Of a stretch of DNA of 64,000 nucleotides, positions 38,182 through 51,700 are shown piece after piece. The position numbers and the translations under genes were made by a program. The notes beneath the pieces are model-generated. The model was given only the letters and a program-made list of their open reading frames with translations, was not told the origin of the DNA and ran no database searches. The DNA comes from Geosiphon pyriformis uo1 (taxonomy: Eukaryota; Fungi; Glomeromycota), in contig JAAOMT010000046.1 of assembly GCA_016748015.1 (NCBI GenBank), positions 582,697 through 646,696 on the forward strand. Reading direction: 5' to 3'. How positions within the stretch are numbered: position 1 is the first letter of the stretch; every line of letters begins with the position of its first letter.

Positions 38182-39396
38182 TTATCACATGTATTAGCCA
38201 CTGATGTTATATAATTAGTCACTCTATTTTTAGATAGTAATCATTGACCTGATCAATAACCTGACTGTTGACCTGGTCATTGATTACTTTCATTAGCTAT
38301 ATAAGTGATGAGTTTCTTAGCTGTAGAAAATCATCTCTCAGACAAGAATCAAATAAATAAAAATAACAACTTTCAATCACTCTCTTATTGCTAATTTCCT
38401 TTTCCTTACCTTCAAGTATCTAAACATCTTAGGATAAAAGATTACTTGTTGGCTTTTTCCTATTTGAATAATTATAGTATTTAAAGACTATTTGTATAAA
38501 CATGACTGAAAAGCACAAGTTGATACCTGATATTGAATTCTAAGAGTGCTGATGTAAAGGCATAGAATTAATACCAGCAGTGATCAATTTTTGACAGTAC
38601 AGACTATCCCTTTACTTTCAGATTCTCTTGTTACCTTTTGAAAAGAATAGCAACTAAGATATTTTATGAGATTGATTTCACACATTGAATCCATACTTAT
38701 TCAATTCACTTATTGAAGTTAAATCTCCTTTGATTATTTCCATCACTCTACAATCTTGTTCTTTCTTGCTATCCATTAGCTTATTATTCCAACCTGTAAT
38801 AGTATAGTGGTAATGTTTGGTGCTCTAGCTTTAGGTTATCTTTTAAAATTGTCTGCTTTTTCTGCCATGTCAGTGTTATCAGTCTCTAAAGATCTATTTC
38901 TGGCTGTGAATTTATCCATTGAGTTCTTTGGTTATAAGGCACAGAGTTTGTCTTTCAATGTTTTCTGTAAATGTGAACTTTCTTCTCTGCACTAACAAGC
39001 ATAGTTGTTAGGGTCTGGCATTGTTTTTTTGCCCTTCTAATAAGCTACCAAGATAATATTAATATCCAAAACTTAAGGGAAGCTTCCTTTTTTTACCAGA
39101 CTATCACAAAGTCTATTCCAAGACAATCAATTTTTCTATATTGCCAATGACATCTGTCCCAGAACAAAAATAGGAAATACTGATTTTAATTTCAGTTAAA
39201 ATCTGTAAGATTGGAGAACATGAATTGGTGAATTGGATTTGGTTTTGATAATTTATTGTATTTCAGACTATGGATATATGATAAGTATATTACAAAGTAA
39301 AATTTATTCTTAACTAACTGTCTGACTTTTCAATTTCTACAACTACTTGCTTTTATATATTCTTTTGGTTTTACAAAATTGCTTTTAATTGCTTCA

Positions 39397-39483
39397 TTAT
39401 TGCTAGCTATTGCTCATTATTGCTAACTATTGCTTATTATTGCTAGCTATTACTTGTGTTTATTAGCTATTGCTTGTGTTTGC
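39397..39483. repeat. Tandem tattgctagctattgct-type repeats in family D U3
   Basis: Also at ~48315-48390. Confidence 0.7.
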
Positions 39484-39590
39484 TCTGTGTTATCTCGAGT
39501 TGTACCTTATTTTTCTTGTTATGTTTCTTTGTTACATTTTTTCATAGCTTTTTGGTTTTTTTCTACTTGGATAACATTATCTCTTCCTTT

Positions 39591-40253
39591 TTAAAATTGA
39601 GCTTCTGTGAAATCATCTATTTTAGCTAAGTTTGTGTTTTCTGTAAAGAACTCGAATGTTGCCTTTAGTATTGTTTTTTGTAGAACTTCAAATTGGGTGT
39701 TTGTCATCCATCCTATGTTGTTGACTGTGATAGTTTTCAGAGTTTTGTCTAGTAGTACCATTGGACAGTGTTTAAATGCTGAATATAGTCAGTATGTTGC
39801 TTTGTAGTATAAGTTTAAGTTGTTTCTTCCCACAAATTCTTTTACTTGTCTGTGAGCTTCTTTGTTGATTGTTCAACAGTTAAGATCTTCATATGGGCTA
39901 TCTAATCCTAATTATAATCCAATTTTAAATAGCCAATAGACAAGTGAAAGTTTTTTTTTTCATTTTTTTGCATTTTCAGGTGTTCATTCTTTTGTTACCA
40001 GCTCTGCTGTTTGCCTATTCAGACTCTCTCTTATTTTCTCAATTCTTACCCAATACAGTTTTATTTCTGTCATCTTTCCCTTCTCCTTAGCTGTGTCAGG
40101 TCCTATCTTTGCCATATCCCTTTTTCTTTTTCTTTCATAAGAATAGATTTGCTTGTAAGGATGGGACAGCTTAGTTCTAATTAAACTCTTGTCCATCTCT
40201 TTCTTGCTCCTATTCCTGTATCATATCTTTTTTTTATCAATTGTGATTTCTAT
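39591..40253 (-). pseudogene. Family D ORF3 remnant
   Basis: RQVKEFVGRNNL..KATY*LYSAF..P..LL....TIT.N....MTNTQFEVLQ aligns with B ORF3 RQLKQFVGKNNL..QAIYWLYMGF..P..LL....TVTSN....MTNAQFKELQ. Confidence 0.75.
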
Positions 40254-40399
40254 TTAAGCAGAAGATTGTTGAATTGCATCAAACAGTTGTTTCAAAAGTT
40301 GTAGAATTTAATCTGAAAGATTTATGTTAAAAAAGATTCTATCATTTTTTTGTTGTTTTCTGGGTGGTATATATATTTGAATTTTCCAATTTAATTTGC

Positions 40400-41777
40400 T
40401 ACATGTTGTCTATATTTTGATAATGATGATTGGTTCCAAATCTTGTGGTATATCTTCTGGTCTAATTAATAGAATTTGTGTTCCTAGTTGATGTACTGAT
40501 GACAATGACTGTTGTTTCACATGATAAATTTTTAATTGATTTCCATAAGCTACTTTCTTTAAAATTCTGTTTTCCAATTATAATTTGTAAGCTCTATTTC
40601 CTAAAGCTTTGTGTATATAGAATGGGCCATCCCACTTTGGGTTGAACTTTCTGTTTCATTGTTTTTCTGCTTTTGTACAATATAATAGTACTTGGTCTCC
40701 AATCTTAAATTTCATTGGTTGTTCAAGTAGGCAATTATCATGTCTTTTTTTTTTGTCGTTCTTGAGTATTACTAATATTGTCAGCTGCTATTCTATGATT
40801 GTTTTCTAATGTTTCCATTAGCTAATATATTTTTTGGTATAAGATATCTTCAAAATTTTTTTCGTTGATAATTTCTGTTGAGTAGGACATTATTTCTTGT
40901 TTAATAAATAACATTGCTTTTCTTCTATAGACTAATTCGAATAGTGTAAACTGTGTTGTATTTTGCTTTAATGTTTGATATGCAAAGAGTACTAAAGGTA
41001 TAAATAAGTCCTATTTTTGTTTATTTTTGTAACTTATTTTTGCTAATGCTTCACATAATGTCCTGTTAAACCATTCTACCAGTTCATTTGTTTGTAGGTG
41101 ATATGGTGATAATAGAAGTTGTTTTATACCAAAATGTTGATTTAATTCAGTTAACATAGTATTGACAAAATGTGTTCCTTGGTCCAACAACAGTTCTTTT
41201 GAGCATCTATATCTGTATATTAGATCTTGGTGTATGAATTTGGCTACTGTTTTGGCGTTAGCTACTTGGATTGCTCTGGTTTCTGGCCATTTTGTAAGAT
41301 AGTCTATGGTTACTACTATATAACAATTTTCTTTGGATGTAATTGAGAGAGGACCAACCAAATCAATCCCAATTCTATCAAATGGATTTCCAACTGGAAT
41401 GGGTCAAAGTGGTTCTGTTATTTTGGCTCCTCCCTTTTGCTGGCATGAGTCACAATTAAGAACATATTCGAAGATATCCTTATACATTGTAGACCAATAG
41501 TATAGATTTGTTGTTCTTTCCAAAGTTATGTCTTTGTTGAAGTGTCCTGTAGTTGGATCGGAATGCATACTATATAATATAGCTTCTTTTTCACTGTCCT
41601 TGATCAATTGTTGTGGGGTGGTGTGGTTTTGTTGTTCTCAATAATAGAGTTGGCTATTTTAAATAAAGTAATTTTGTGTTTGTTCCATATGGTATTTTGT
41701 TTCTGTTAAGATAATATCTCTTTGAAATATAGTGTCAATAGATACTGATGTAATTGCTAATAAGTAAGTATATCCAT
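40400..41777 (-). pseudogene. Family D integrase, stand-alone ORF (3' end approximate)
   Basis: Own ATG (MDILTY), HSDPTTGHF..CDSCQ zinc motif, GIDLVGPL..IDYLTKWPE core, KWDGPFY tail. Confidence 0.88.
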
Positions 41778-41787
41778 GGGTTTGAGA

Positions 41788-43060
41788 TTAGGTTTGTGGT
41801 ATCCCCAACAAACTGTTGGCATTGGTGTTCTTGAATTCTTTCTTGTAGTAAATCTTGAGTGGGAATTGTTGTAGATAAGTACTCCATCTTACATATTTTC
41901 CTTTCAACTATGGGTTATTGAGTAACCAGATGAGTCTCTTATGATCAGTATATAGGTCAAATGGTTGCCTGAGGTAGTGTTTCCATGTTTGTATGGCCCA
42001 ATAAATAGCAAGGGATTTTAAATCTGTTGTGCTATATATTTTTTCTGCTAAGCTGGTACTGCGACTGGTGTAAGCAATTGAATGTTCTCTTCTGTCTGGT
42101 CTTATTTGTAATAATACAGTTTCTAGTGCATTTTTTGATGTATCTGTAGTAACAATGAATCATTTGGTGAAGTTAGGATAAATCAGTATTGGAGATGTAA
42201 TTAATTGCTGTTTAAGATAGTTGAAGACTTTTTGTTGCCCTTCCTTTTACAAATATGGTATGTATTTTGATAACAAGTGATGAAGGGGTTTTGTGATAGT
42301 TAAGAATTCTTTGACAAATTGGCAGTAGTATCTAGCCAGTCTTAAAAATCTTTATAGCTCTCATAGGTTGATTGGGACTGGAAAATTCTTGACCTTTTGG
42401 ATTTTGTTTAGGTCAGATTTTACTCTGTCTTTGCCGATCACATGTTCTAAGAATTTCAGTTTGGTTTTTCTAAAGAAGCATTTATCAGGATTGAGTTTTA
42501 ATCCAGCATCTCAAAGGTGTTCGAAGATTTGTTACAAGTAGAGCAAATGTTTGTCGAATGTTTCTGAGAAGACATTGGTATCGTCTAAGTATACTATGAC
42601 TGATTTTCATAAGATGTTGAAATGTAGCAGGAGTATTGCACAGTCTAAAAGGCATTACATTGAATTCAAAATTTCTGTCTCAGGTAGTGAATGCCATTTT
42701 CTCTTTATCTTTCAGGTTCATTTCGACTTGTTAATATCTACTGGCCAGATCTAGGAATAAAAACCATTTCTTTTTTTCTAAGTTGTCTAGGATTTCTTAG
42801 ATAAGAGGAGTGGAATAGCTATCTCCTCAGGTAACACTATTTAATTTTCAGTATTCATGCAGAATCATACCTTTCCATTTTTCTTGGTAACTAAGACTAC
42901 TGGAGAGAACCAAAGGCTTAATGATTCTTTAATCAGTCTATTGTCAAGCATTCGTTGTACTTCCTGCTTAATCAGATTATTTCCAGATGGAAGTACTCAA
43001 TAAGCTTGCTGCTTAATAGGTCAAGCATCTCTGGTGTCAATCTGGTGTTTCACAATGTTA
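41788..43060 (-). pseudogene. Family D reverse transcriptase and RNase H
   Basis: VYLDDTNVFS, FLEHVI, TDTSK, YTDHK; ends NANSLLGIPQT*. Contains a frameshift/deletion. Confidence 0.85.
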
Positions 43061-43580
43061 GTGCACTCAAACTCATTTTTGCTGGCAAAAACATCGGCAT
43101 ATTGGTTCAATAGAATCTTAAGTTGCATTTGCTGTAAAGTGTTTAGGTTTTCCAAATTGAGTTTATTGATTTCTTTTGGTGTGAACAAGTAACTTTTTTT
43201 TTGGCAGGTTCTATACTTGTGAGGTAATGTCACAGAACAAGAACAATTGAGTGAAATCTGGAATGAGCTGAGGTTTTTCTGGATTTTGAATATTTGAAGA
43301 TATGGAACTAATGAGAGTTCTCTCAGGAATTTTGATAATGTCTTCAGTCAGATTGTAGATGAGAATTTTAAAGTGTTTATGAGCTTTGGCTGGTAAATAC
43401 AGGTTAGCAATATTGGCTAATAAACAGATCTTAGAATTGGTCTCAAAGACTAGTGCTTGGTTCTAAATTTTTGAGAATATACTGCTGATAAAAAGGGATG
43501 GAAATGATGGTATCAGTATAGATAAGTTCTACCTGGTTACTATCCTTCTCTGTAAAATTGACTGTTATGTTTCCTTTTTT

Positions 43581-43972
43581 ACTTGAGCCAAACCCCTTGA
43601 TTCCTCAGACAGTAAGACCTAATTCTTCTCAGATGATAACCAGAGCTAGTTGGGATATTTTGACTAAAGGTAGAAAGATGGCTTGGACAATTTTTTCATG
43701 AGATTCAATCTTGTAGAGTTTGTTTGAATTGTTTTGTAGTATCACGATAATGTTTCCCATATATTTAGCATTGATAATTTTTCCTTTTACATTGATTCCT
43801 TTCTTTGTAAGGCTCAATCTAAATGCTACTTGTATCATAGTGCTAATAGGAATTTCTAGCACTATTTTGAGATCTATTTTTACCAGAGAATATGAGGCTA
43901 TAATTATGGGTAATTGTCTAGGGTATCTTAATTCAAAATCTACATTGGTTTCATGTGCTTTTTCTGGGCATA
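43581..43972 (-). pseudogene. dut: dUTPase domain within family D pol
   Basis: PEKAHETNVDFELRY...GINVKGKIINAKYMGNI...EKIVQ...*GIKGFGSS. Confidence 0.8.
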
Positions 43973-46900
43973 TTTCTTTGTTGTTGTTACTGTATCATTT
44001 TAATTCCAATTTTTTGGAAAGGTCAGGATACACAAGATATTGTTCTATTTTGGTAGTCTGATTTGGCTCCTAAAATAACATGTTCTTGACAAGTAATTCC
44101 TCTTCTTTTTCAGGCTCAGGTAATTTGGTGATTGGATATAGGATTTTGGAAAGCAGGTTGAACATGAGATCACACTTGTTACAATATTGAAAGTGGCAAG
44201 GAATTAAGCAGTAATCGCATAGTTTGGTATTTAGATCAACTAGCTACTGTTTTTGCTCTTCTTGGGTCAGGCCAATTCTTGATATTGGTTCTAAAATACA
44301 TCAGAATCATTTGTAAAGAAATTATCTGCAGGGTAGTCAGGTCTATTATATTTGGGCATCCAAGAGTTGTCTTTGATTTCTCATATTTCTTCGGACATGG
44401 CACTTTTAGCTTTGGTGCTTACTATTCTCCAAATTTCGTGATTATTGTGTGAATAGCCATCAAGCCTATTGAGTGTTTATTTCCAAGTGTCCTCGATGGG
44501 AGTTCTCTTTTGTACTCAATTGTTGATTAATATGGTGTACTGACAAGTCTTGTCACATGTTCCTCCTCTGTTAGGCACATTATTCCAGAGTCCTTCATTG
44601 GGCAGAATCTTGCCACATGCAAGGCATGGTGTGTTATCCCACTTGCCTTGTTATTTTAGTCATCCAAATCTTTTCAGTAAACAAAATCTGCAGTAGTATT
44701 TGGTAATGGTGGGCAATTCTTCATTGTCTTCGATACATGTACCTATAGTGAATAGCTTCTTTCCACAATTGACACATATTAGTCTTAGAGGTTGGTAAAA
44801 TAAATTTTTTTGGTCCGAGGTTACATATCCTAGTGATGACAATTGGAGTTCTTCTTTGGCTCTGCCTTTTTTTTTTTTTTTCAGGTTGGTGGTAGTTTAG
44901 TTTGATAATTATTCATCCATAAAACCTAATAGATCTTGATGGTCAGTGGTAATGGTGCATCTTCAAATTCAATAAGAGGTTCCTTAGTATATTGGGTTTT
45001 AAAGTGTCCGCACATAGCTGGGACTCAGGCATACTGTCCATTAAACATGAGTTAAAGTTCTTGGGCGCTCTAGTCGAGAGTAGCATTGGCTTTTGACAAC
45101 CAATCATTTCCTACCAGAGCTTGATATTGAGTAGCTTCCATGATGAGTACCTTAGTAGGGATCTGAATTCCATTAATCTCAAAGGGGAAGTTGTCAATTT
45201 CTTCTATTGGGGTTTTTGTGTTTCCATCCACTATAATGATCCAGGCAGTAGCAGCACGGTCTACTCAGTGACTTAGTTGGTCCATAAACTGCTTCGTGAT
45301 TATGCTATCAGCTGATCCACTATCTAGGATTAATTTAATGTCTATTCTTCCAACTCTGACATCAGTGTATAGGGCCGTTATTAGTTTATCTTGATTGATG
45401 GCTGCTCCATTAAAAAGGCTATGGGTGTTTAAATTATTAATGTCAAAAAGAAATATGGCAGCTAGAGTGGTGTCCTCAATAATAGTAACTGGTGGGATAT
45501 TACTTTTTGTTGGCTTGGAAGGTTGGGAGATTTGTTCTATATCCCTCTCTTCCACAGGTATAGATTTATCAAAGCTTTGGTCTTCCATAAGACTGAAGTA
45601 GAAGGCTTGATTCAGGTATCTGGTTGGTGCTGGTTGAAATTGGGCAGGACTGCAAGGGATTGGTCGAGATGATCCACTGTTAATTTGTGCCTGATTGTTG
45701 TTGGAATTCCTCTATCCTTGATTATAGTCTATGGCTCAAGATTTGGGCTGGCTGTAAGGAGAAGTTTGATAGTGAGAGATTGTTTGTGTTATTGGTGATG
45801 GTTAATAATAATTTCAGAGCAGTAGTTGAGTATATGGGACTTGTTGTACATGGGGCAGTTGATTTTAAGGTATAGAATATTGAAATACCATGTTTTGCTA
45901 ATATCTTGGTTGCTGATATTAGTTTCTTTGAGTTTGGTTCATCATCTTTTTTCTGCAGTCACAAACAATGTGTTCAGGTTTTTGGCAATAGTAACAGTTA
46001 CAGGGATCGGATTTCCAAGGTTGTTGCTGTTACTAATGGTTCTGTTGCTATGAGTATCTGCTGTTATTGTTATTTTCTCTTTGTTATGGCAGTTGGTAAG
46101 TTTCTGTGGTTCTGGCTAAGAATCCCTCAATTTTTTGAGTTAATTTCTCACTTAATTGGGTTATCTTTGCATTAATGTTAGAGGTTTTATTGATAACTAA
46201 ATTTACAGCTTGGGTATAGTTCACTTCTTGTTCTGCAGATTCAAAATCACAAGTGAGAGTGACTGTTTCTTGTAGGTTTACCAGATGGCGAGGTCATATG
46301 GATCTTAGGAGACTGCTCTTTAGTCTTTTAACAAATTGATTAAGAACTTGCATAGTGGTATAATAATTCTGCTTAATGGCTAGGATTTGTCAAAGGATCT
46401 GATTGAATCTTCTGAAATAAGTAGTTACTGCTCCATGGTCATTTTGTTTTATTATACTGAATTGATTTTGCAATTGAATGAGTGTATTAGGGTCACAAAA
46501 ATATTGCAGAAATGCAAGTTTAAACTCTGTAAAGGAGGTAGGTTTCTCTGTAAGACTCTGATATTATAAATTGGTAGTTCCAGTCAGAAAAAATGGCAGT
46601 GCCTAAATTATGTGGTCGTCATTCCAACCATTAACAATAATTGCTTTTTCGGCATCCACAATCCAAGAATATGCATTATCTTTTTTACCAAAGAATTTTT
46701 CCAATTTAGCAATATTCTAGTAAGCCATGATCTGGTTAATGAGTGGGATGTTACTAGTTACATTTAAGAGGATTGGTGTCCACATATTCGAGTGTTCTCT
46801 GGGTGCTAATGCTGGTTGCTTTTCTTTGTCATTTGAACCAATAGGTTGTAAGATAACTGTTCCTTCTATCAGAGAAGATACTGATTCTGCTGGGTTTTAT

Positions 46901-47574
46901 GTTGGTGGCTGTTTCCAAGTTGACATATTTCCTTCTGTTTGACTGGCTGTTGGGGTAAGATTTCCAAACAGCAATCCGTATTCTCTTAGTGATTTGGTCC
47001 AATTGTGTTGACCCCAAGAGTGTGGATTTCCAGAAGTATGTAGTGTTTCCAACTGGGTTTCCGGGAGTGGATTGAATACAATTCTACTTTGGGGTGTCTG
47101 ATAATATGAAGGAGTTGTTGGTGAGAGGAACCTTGGTTTTTTGTTGACTGTAGATTTGTCTTAAGCAGTTGTGAAATTATTGGATCCATCCTCATATTCC
47201 TTCAGATCAAATTCTACTGGTTGTTGTACTTGAGGGAATTATTTTGTCATATAGTGTTTAATGTCCATATCAATTATGCGTAGAGTTTTAATGATTGCTT
47301 AAGTAGTAGTAATTGTTAAGTACCCTAGTAAGCTTTGATGGATTTGTTCTTCAAATCTTCCTGTATCAGTTGCACAGCCTAACAAGCAGTTGATTTTTGT
47401 GTTGATATAGTTGCAAAAATCATTTTCTGCAATGGTGGTTTCTGCTGGTATTTCTAGATCTTTTCAAAAGTATTGAAATAGTGCTCTTTTATATGAGAAG
47501 TGGTCCTTTTTTATTGTTTTAATAGTTGCCACTTTTGTGTATCTCTGGGGTGCTCTGTCTCTGTGGATTTATAA

Positions 47575-47591
47575 CCTCACAGGAAGCACCA
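47575..47591 (-). promoter_or_regulatory. Family D primer binding site TGGTGCTTCCTGTGAGG
   Basis: 2 nt from the LTR; one mismatch to the family B PBS. Confidence 0.8.
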
Positions 47592-48779
47592 AATATTATA
47601 AGTAAACTGAATAGAGTATAATGATAATGTTTGGTGCTCTAGTTTTGGGTTATTTTTTAAAATTGTTTGCTTTTTCTGCCATGTCAGTGTTATTAGTCTC
47701 TGAAGGTTTATTTCTGGCTGTGAATTTACCCATTGAGTTTTTTGGTTATAAAACACAGAGTTTGTTTTTTATTGATTGCAATATTTTCTGTAAATGTGAA
47801 CTTTCTTCTCCATGCTAATGAGCACAGTTGTTAGGGTCTGGCATTGTCTTTTCGCCCTTCTGATAAGTTATCAAGATAATGTTAATATCCAAAACTTAAG
47901 GGGAGCTTCTCTCTTTTACCAGACTATTACAAAGTCTATTCCAAGACAGTCAATTTTTCTATGTTGCCACTCCAAAAAAAAAAAAAAAAAGAATTAGTTT
48001 TTGTTAATTATCATGATCAAGAGCAATTGGTTCAAATCATTAAGGGTTCGAGGCATCTATGCCAATGGCATCTGTTTTAGAACAAAAGTAGAAAATACTG
48101 ATTTTAATTTCAGTTAAAATCTGTAAGATTGGAAAACATAAATTGGTAAATTGGATTTGGTTTTGATAATTTATTGTATTTTAGACTATGAATATATAAT
48201 AAGTATATTACAAAGTAAAATTTATTCTTAACTAACTGTCTGACTTTTTAATTTCTACAACTACTTGCTTTTATATATTTTTTTAGTTTTACAGAATTGC
48301 TTTTAATTGCTTTACTATTGCTTGTTATTGCTAACTATTGCTTGTTATTGCTAGCTATTACTTGTGTTTACTAGCTATTGCTTGTGTTTGCTCTGTGTTA
48401 TCTCGAGTTATACCTCATTTTTCTTGTTATATTTCTTTGTTATGTTTTTTCATAGCTTTTTGGTTTTTTTTTACTTAGGTAACACTGTTCTAAAGAACTT
48501 TTATCTAACAGAAAAAGAGTTTTTTTTAGTATATTGGTTGAAAAACTTTGTAAAAAAATGAGAATACATTATAAACTCTTTTTTTTTATTACTTTTAAAC
48601 AAATAACTTAGTGAAACATTTTAATAGAACACTATATAAAACCTTAACCAAAACTAATAAAGAAACAAACTTATAGAACAAAATACTGTTTTCAGTTTTG
48701 TTTGCTTATAAAATTGTAAATTATAACATAACAAGTTATAAACTCTTTTATCTGCTCTATAAATAAATGACAATTCTAT

Positions 48780-51700
48780 TGTTATGAGTTAAAGTAACAA
48801 GCTAATGGATAGCAAAAAAAAACAGTATTATAGGGTAATAGAAATAATCAAAGAAAAAATTACAATAGGGAATTATAAAGATATTTTGCAAAGAAAATTT
48901 AGTACTATTCTTGACTTATTAATAGAAACATGAATAATTGCCTTTAAAAAAATAAAACAGTTCCAAAAAAAGCTTAAGAAAAAGAAAATTTATAAAACAT
49001 TTTTCTTAAGTATTGATAACTTAGTATTGAAATATCATTCAAATAAAGACAATATTTATGATAATAAATTCTCTAGCCAGTAAAAAAAACTTTTTTTAGT
49101 CAACAAAGTTTTGAACAATGGTTTTTATATCTTATAAAATTAATATAAAACAATCTTTAATAATTACCCTATTCATAGTATATGATTCAAAAAATATTAC
49201 AAATGACCTAATTGGTTGCTCATTGTGGTAATATTGATCCAAATGATTAAAGTAATAAAATAAATCCACTATCAATTACTTTCTCTTATATTATTTATTC
49301 CCTTTTTTTCTATCTTTAAGTATCTGAACATCTTGAAATAAAAGATTACTTGTTGGCATTTACATACTTTATCTTTTTTTTTTCTTAATTTGTATTGTAA
49401 AAATTAGCCTAAAAAGTAATTGTTTGTTTTTGTAATTTATTGAATAAAAAAATGATTAAAAAATACAACAATAGCTATTATTAATTCTAAAAATTGCTAA
49501 GTTGAGGCATAAAATAATAGCAGTGGTGTTATCTTGTTAACAATTAAAGACTATTCTTCTATCTTCAGATTTTCAGAAAAAATTTACAACTGTGATTTTT
49601 ATAAGACTGATCATACATATTGAATTCTTACTTATTTAATTTGCTTTTCTATTGTAATTCTCTTTTTAATTATTTCTATCACCTTATAATACTGTTTTCC
49701 TTTGCTATCTATTAGCTTGTTACTTCAATCTGTAACATAAAAGTGGTGCTTTCTGTGAGATTATCAAAATCCATTTTGTTTTTTATTGTATAAGTGATTA
49801 TTTATACTTGCTACAACAATCAGAAAAACACTTTAAAACACATAACAAAAATGATCTAGACTTTATTGAACTTAATTTTTTGCCTTTCAGCTTGATTTGC
49901 TTTCTTATTGAAAAACAATTCAGTAAACAATTCCAAGACTTTTGGAACTGGTTCCTAAATAAACATTTAGCTGAAACCTACATAACTTATATAACTTATT
50001 ACTTTGACCAAGCTTATTTTAAAGACAACTTTAAAGAAAAAAATAACACTATTAATTAGCTTTTATATTTCACAATCTTTGAACAACAGCCTCTTGATTT
50101 CGAATAACTAAAATACCAAATTTACATCTGGATTGCTGTCTACCAACTAGCTAAAATCTTTTTTGAAACAGAAAAAGAAAGTTATCAAACTGCTTCTGTT
50201 TTTGATTTCTTTTCAAGCAAATCAAAACATTTCACACAAACAGTTACTTTTGAATTAATGGTTAATGACCCTATACAAGCAAACATTCTGACTGCCCTTC
50301 AAAGTATACAAACTGCTTTAAAATAAAAAAACAACACCTTATTATTATTATTTAGAGATGATGTATAAGATCCAATTAAATAATTGAATGACTTTGAAAA
50401 AATTGTTACAGCCAACCAATATGATAATAAATACAAATTCCAAATTGTTGGTGGCTATCTTTAAGGCTCTTTTGCTATTTGGTTCTTACAAAAAACCAAT
50501 GCTGGTGCTTACCAAAAAATTATTAGATAGATATTAGCAAATGCTGAAGAAAACAATATTTTTTTTATTATCTAGTTTGAAACAAAATTTAGAACTCCTA
50601 TTTTAATATCCAAATAATGTATAAAATTAAAAAAAAGAACCCAAAGTCTTGGTAAAATTGTAACTGAGTATGCCAAAGCAATTAGAAAGTTAATCAAATA
50701 GATAAACTTTGGAAAAAACTGGACAGAAAAGCAAAAAATTCACTTCTTTACAAAAGAATTAAGAACTAATTTCTCATATGTTTTTTGGCCCTTCCTGGCT
50801 CTTTTTGGCTCTAAAAAACAATCTCATAATAAACATGGCCATTGAACTTGTCCAACAAATTAAGGACAATTAAAGAATGCACTTAGAATTCACACTTCTA
50901 GTTTTTGCTTTTACTTCTGTTATGACTCCTGTTTTTTAAATAGCTATCACTTTTTTTGCTGTCCAGACTTTAGATCCCAATAAACAATTAATATATAGAC
51001 TTATAGCCAATTTTGTCCAGCTATTAAAGTTCTTAGTCTAAGTAGTTAAAAAGAATCAACAATTCTAAAGACCCAGATTTAAATTCCATTTTAATCAGCT
51101 CCAGCTATCCACTTATTAAAGACAACAAAATCATGGCCTATCTATGTGTTATTGCTGTAGATTAATTGAACATTTCTCTAGAGATTGCAACAATCTTTTT
51201 TTGTTTTCTTTAGCTTTTAGAAATAATAATAACCAAAACAATAAAACCAATAACAACAATATTCTTAATTAAAGATCCAATCATGCCAACATCAATTTCT
51301 TTGGAGAGAATTTTCTAATTGAAGCCATTGTTTATCAGTCTTTAAACTGGTAGGCACACTTCCAAAAAATGAAAGTGCAAGTTAACCAGAAAAAAACTTC
51401 TTTTATGCTTTTAACTTAATTAATAATAACCATAACATAAATAAACTAGCAATTAACACTTCTAAATTAACAAGAAAGAAAAAAAAGGCCAAGGTTGATT
51501 TTGTTTTGGACTTAAACAAAGCATTTATATTAATTGCTAATAACAATAAACCATCAAAGACTAAAGTTTTTAAAAATTCTTTAAAGTTGAAATTCTTAGA
51601 AATTGTACAAAAATCTGATCCTTATTCTGTTATCAAAGATTTCATGGAAACCTCAATTCATATTACTTTTAACCAATTAATAACCCATCTACAATTTAGA

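Larger units (their letters stand above)
31141..38801 (+). mobile_element. Full-length Ty3/Gypsy family C copy C2 (best preserved), inserted 25 bp inside the D LTR
   Basis: LTRs 31141-31832 and 38151-38801, TSD gtat/gtat, PBS 31839-31855, PPT gaagaggatga before 38151. Confidence 0.95.
31116..48484 (-). mobile_element. Full-length Ty3/Gypsy family D (dUTPase-bearing) inserted in C1 integrase; its 3' LTR is split by C2
   Basis: LTRs 47594-48484 and 31116-31140 plus 38806-39576. TSD ctat/ctgt (C2 has ctgc at the homologous site). PBS 47575-47591, PPT complement 39577-39592. Gag, PR (LILDSGSADSII), dUTPase, RT, RH, INT and ORF3 remnants. Confidence 0.92.
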
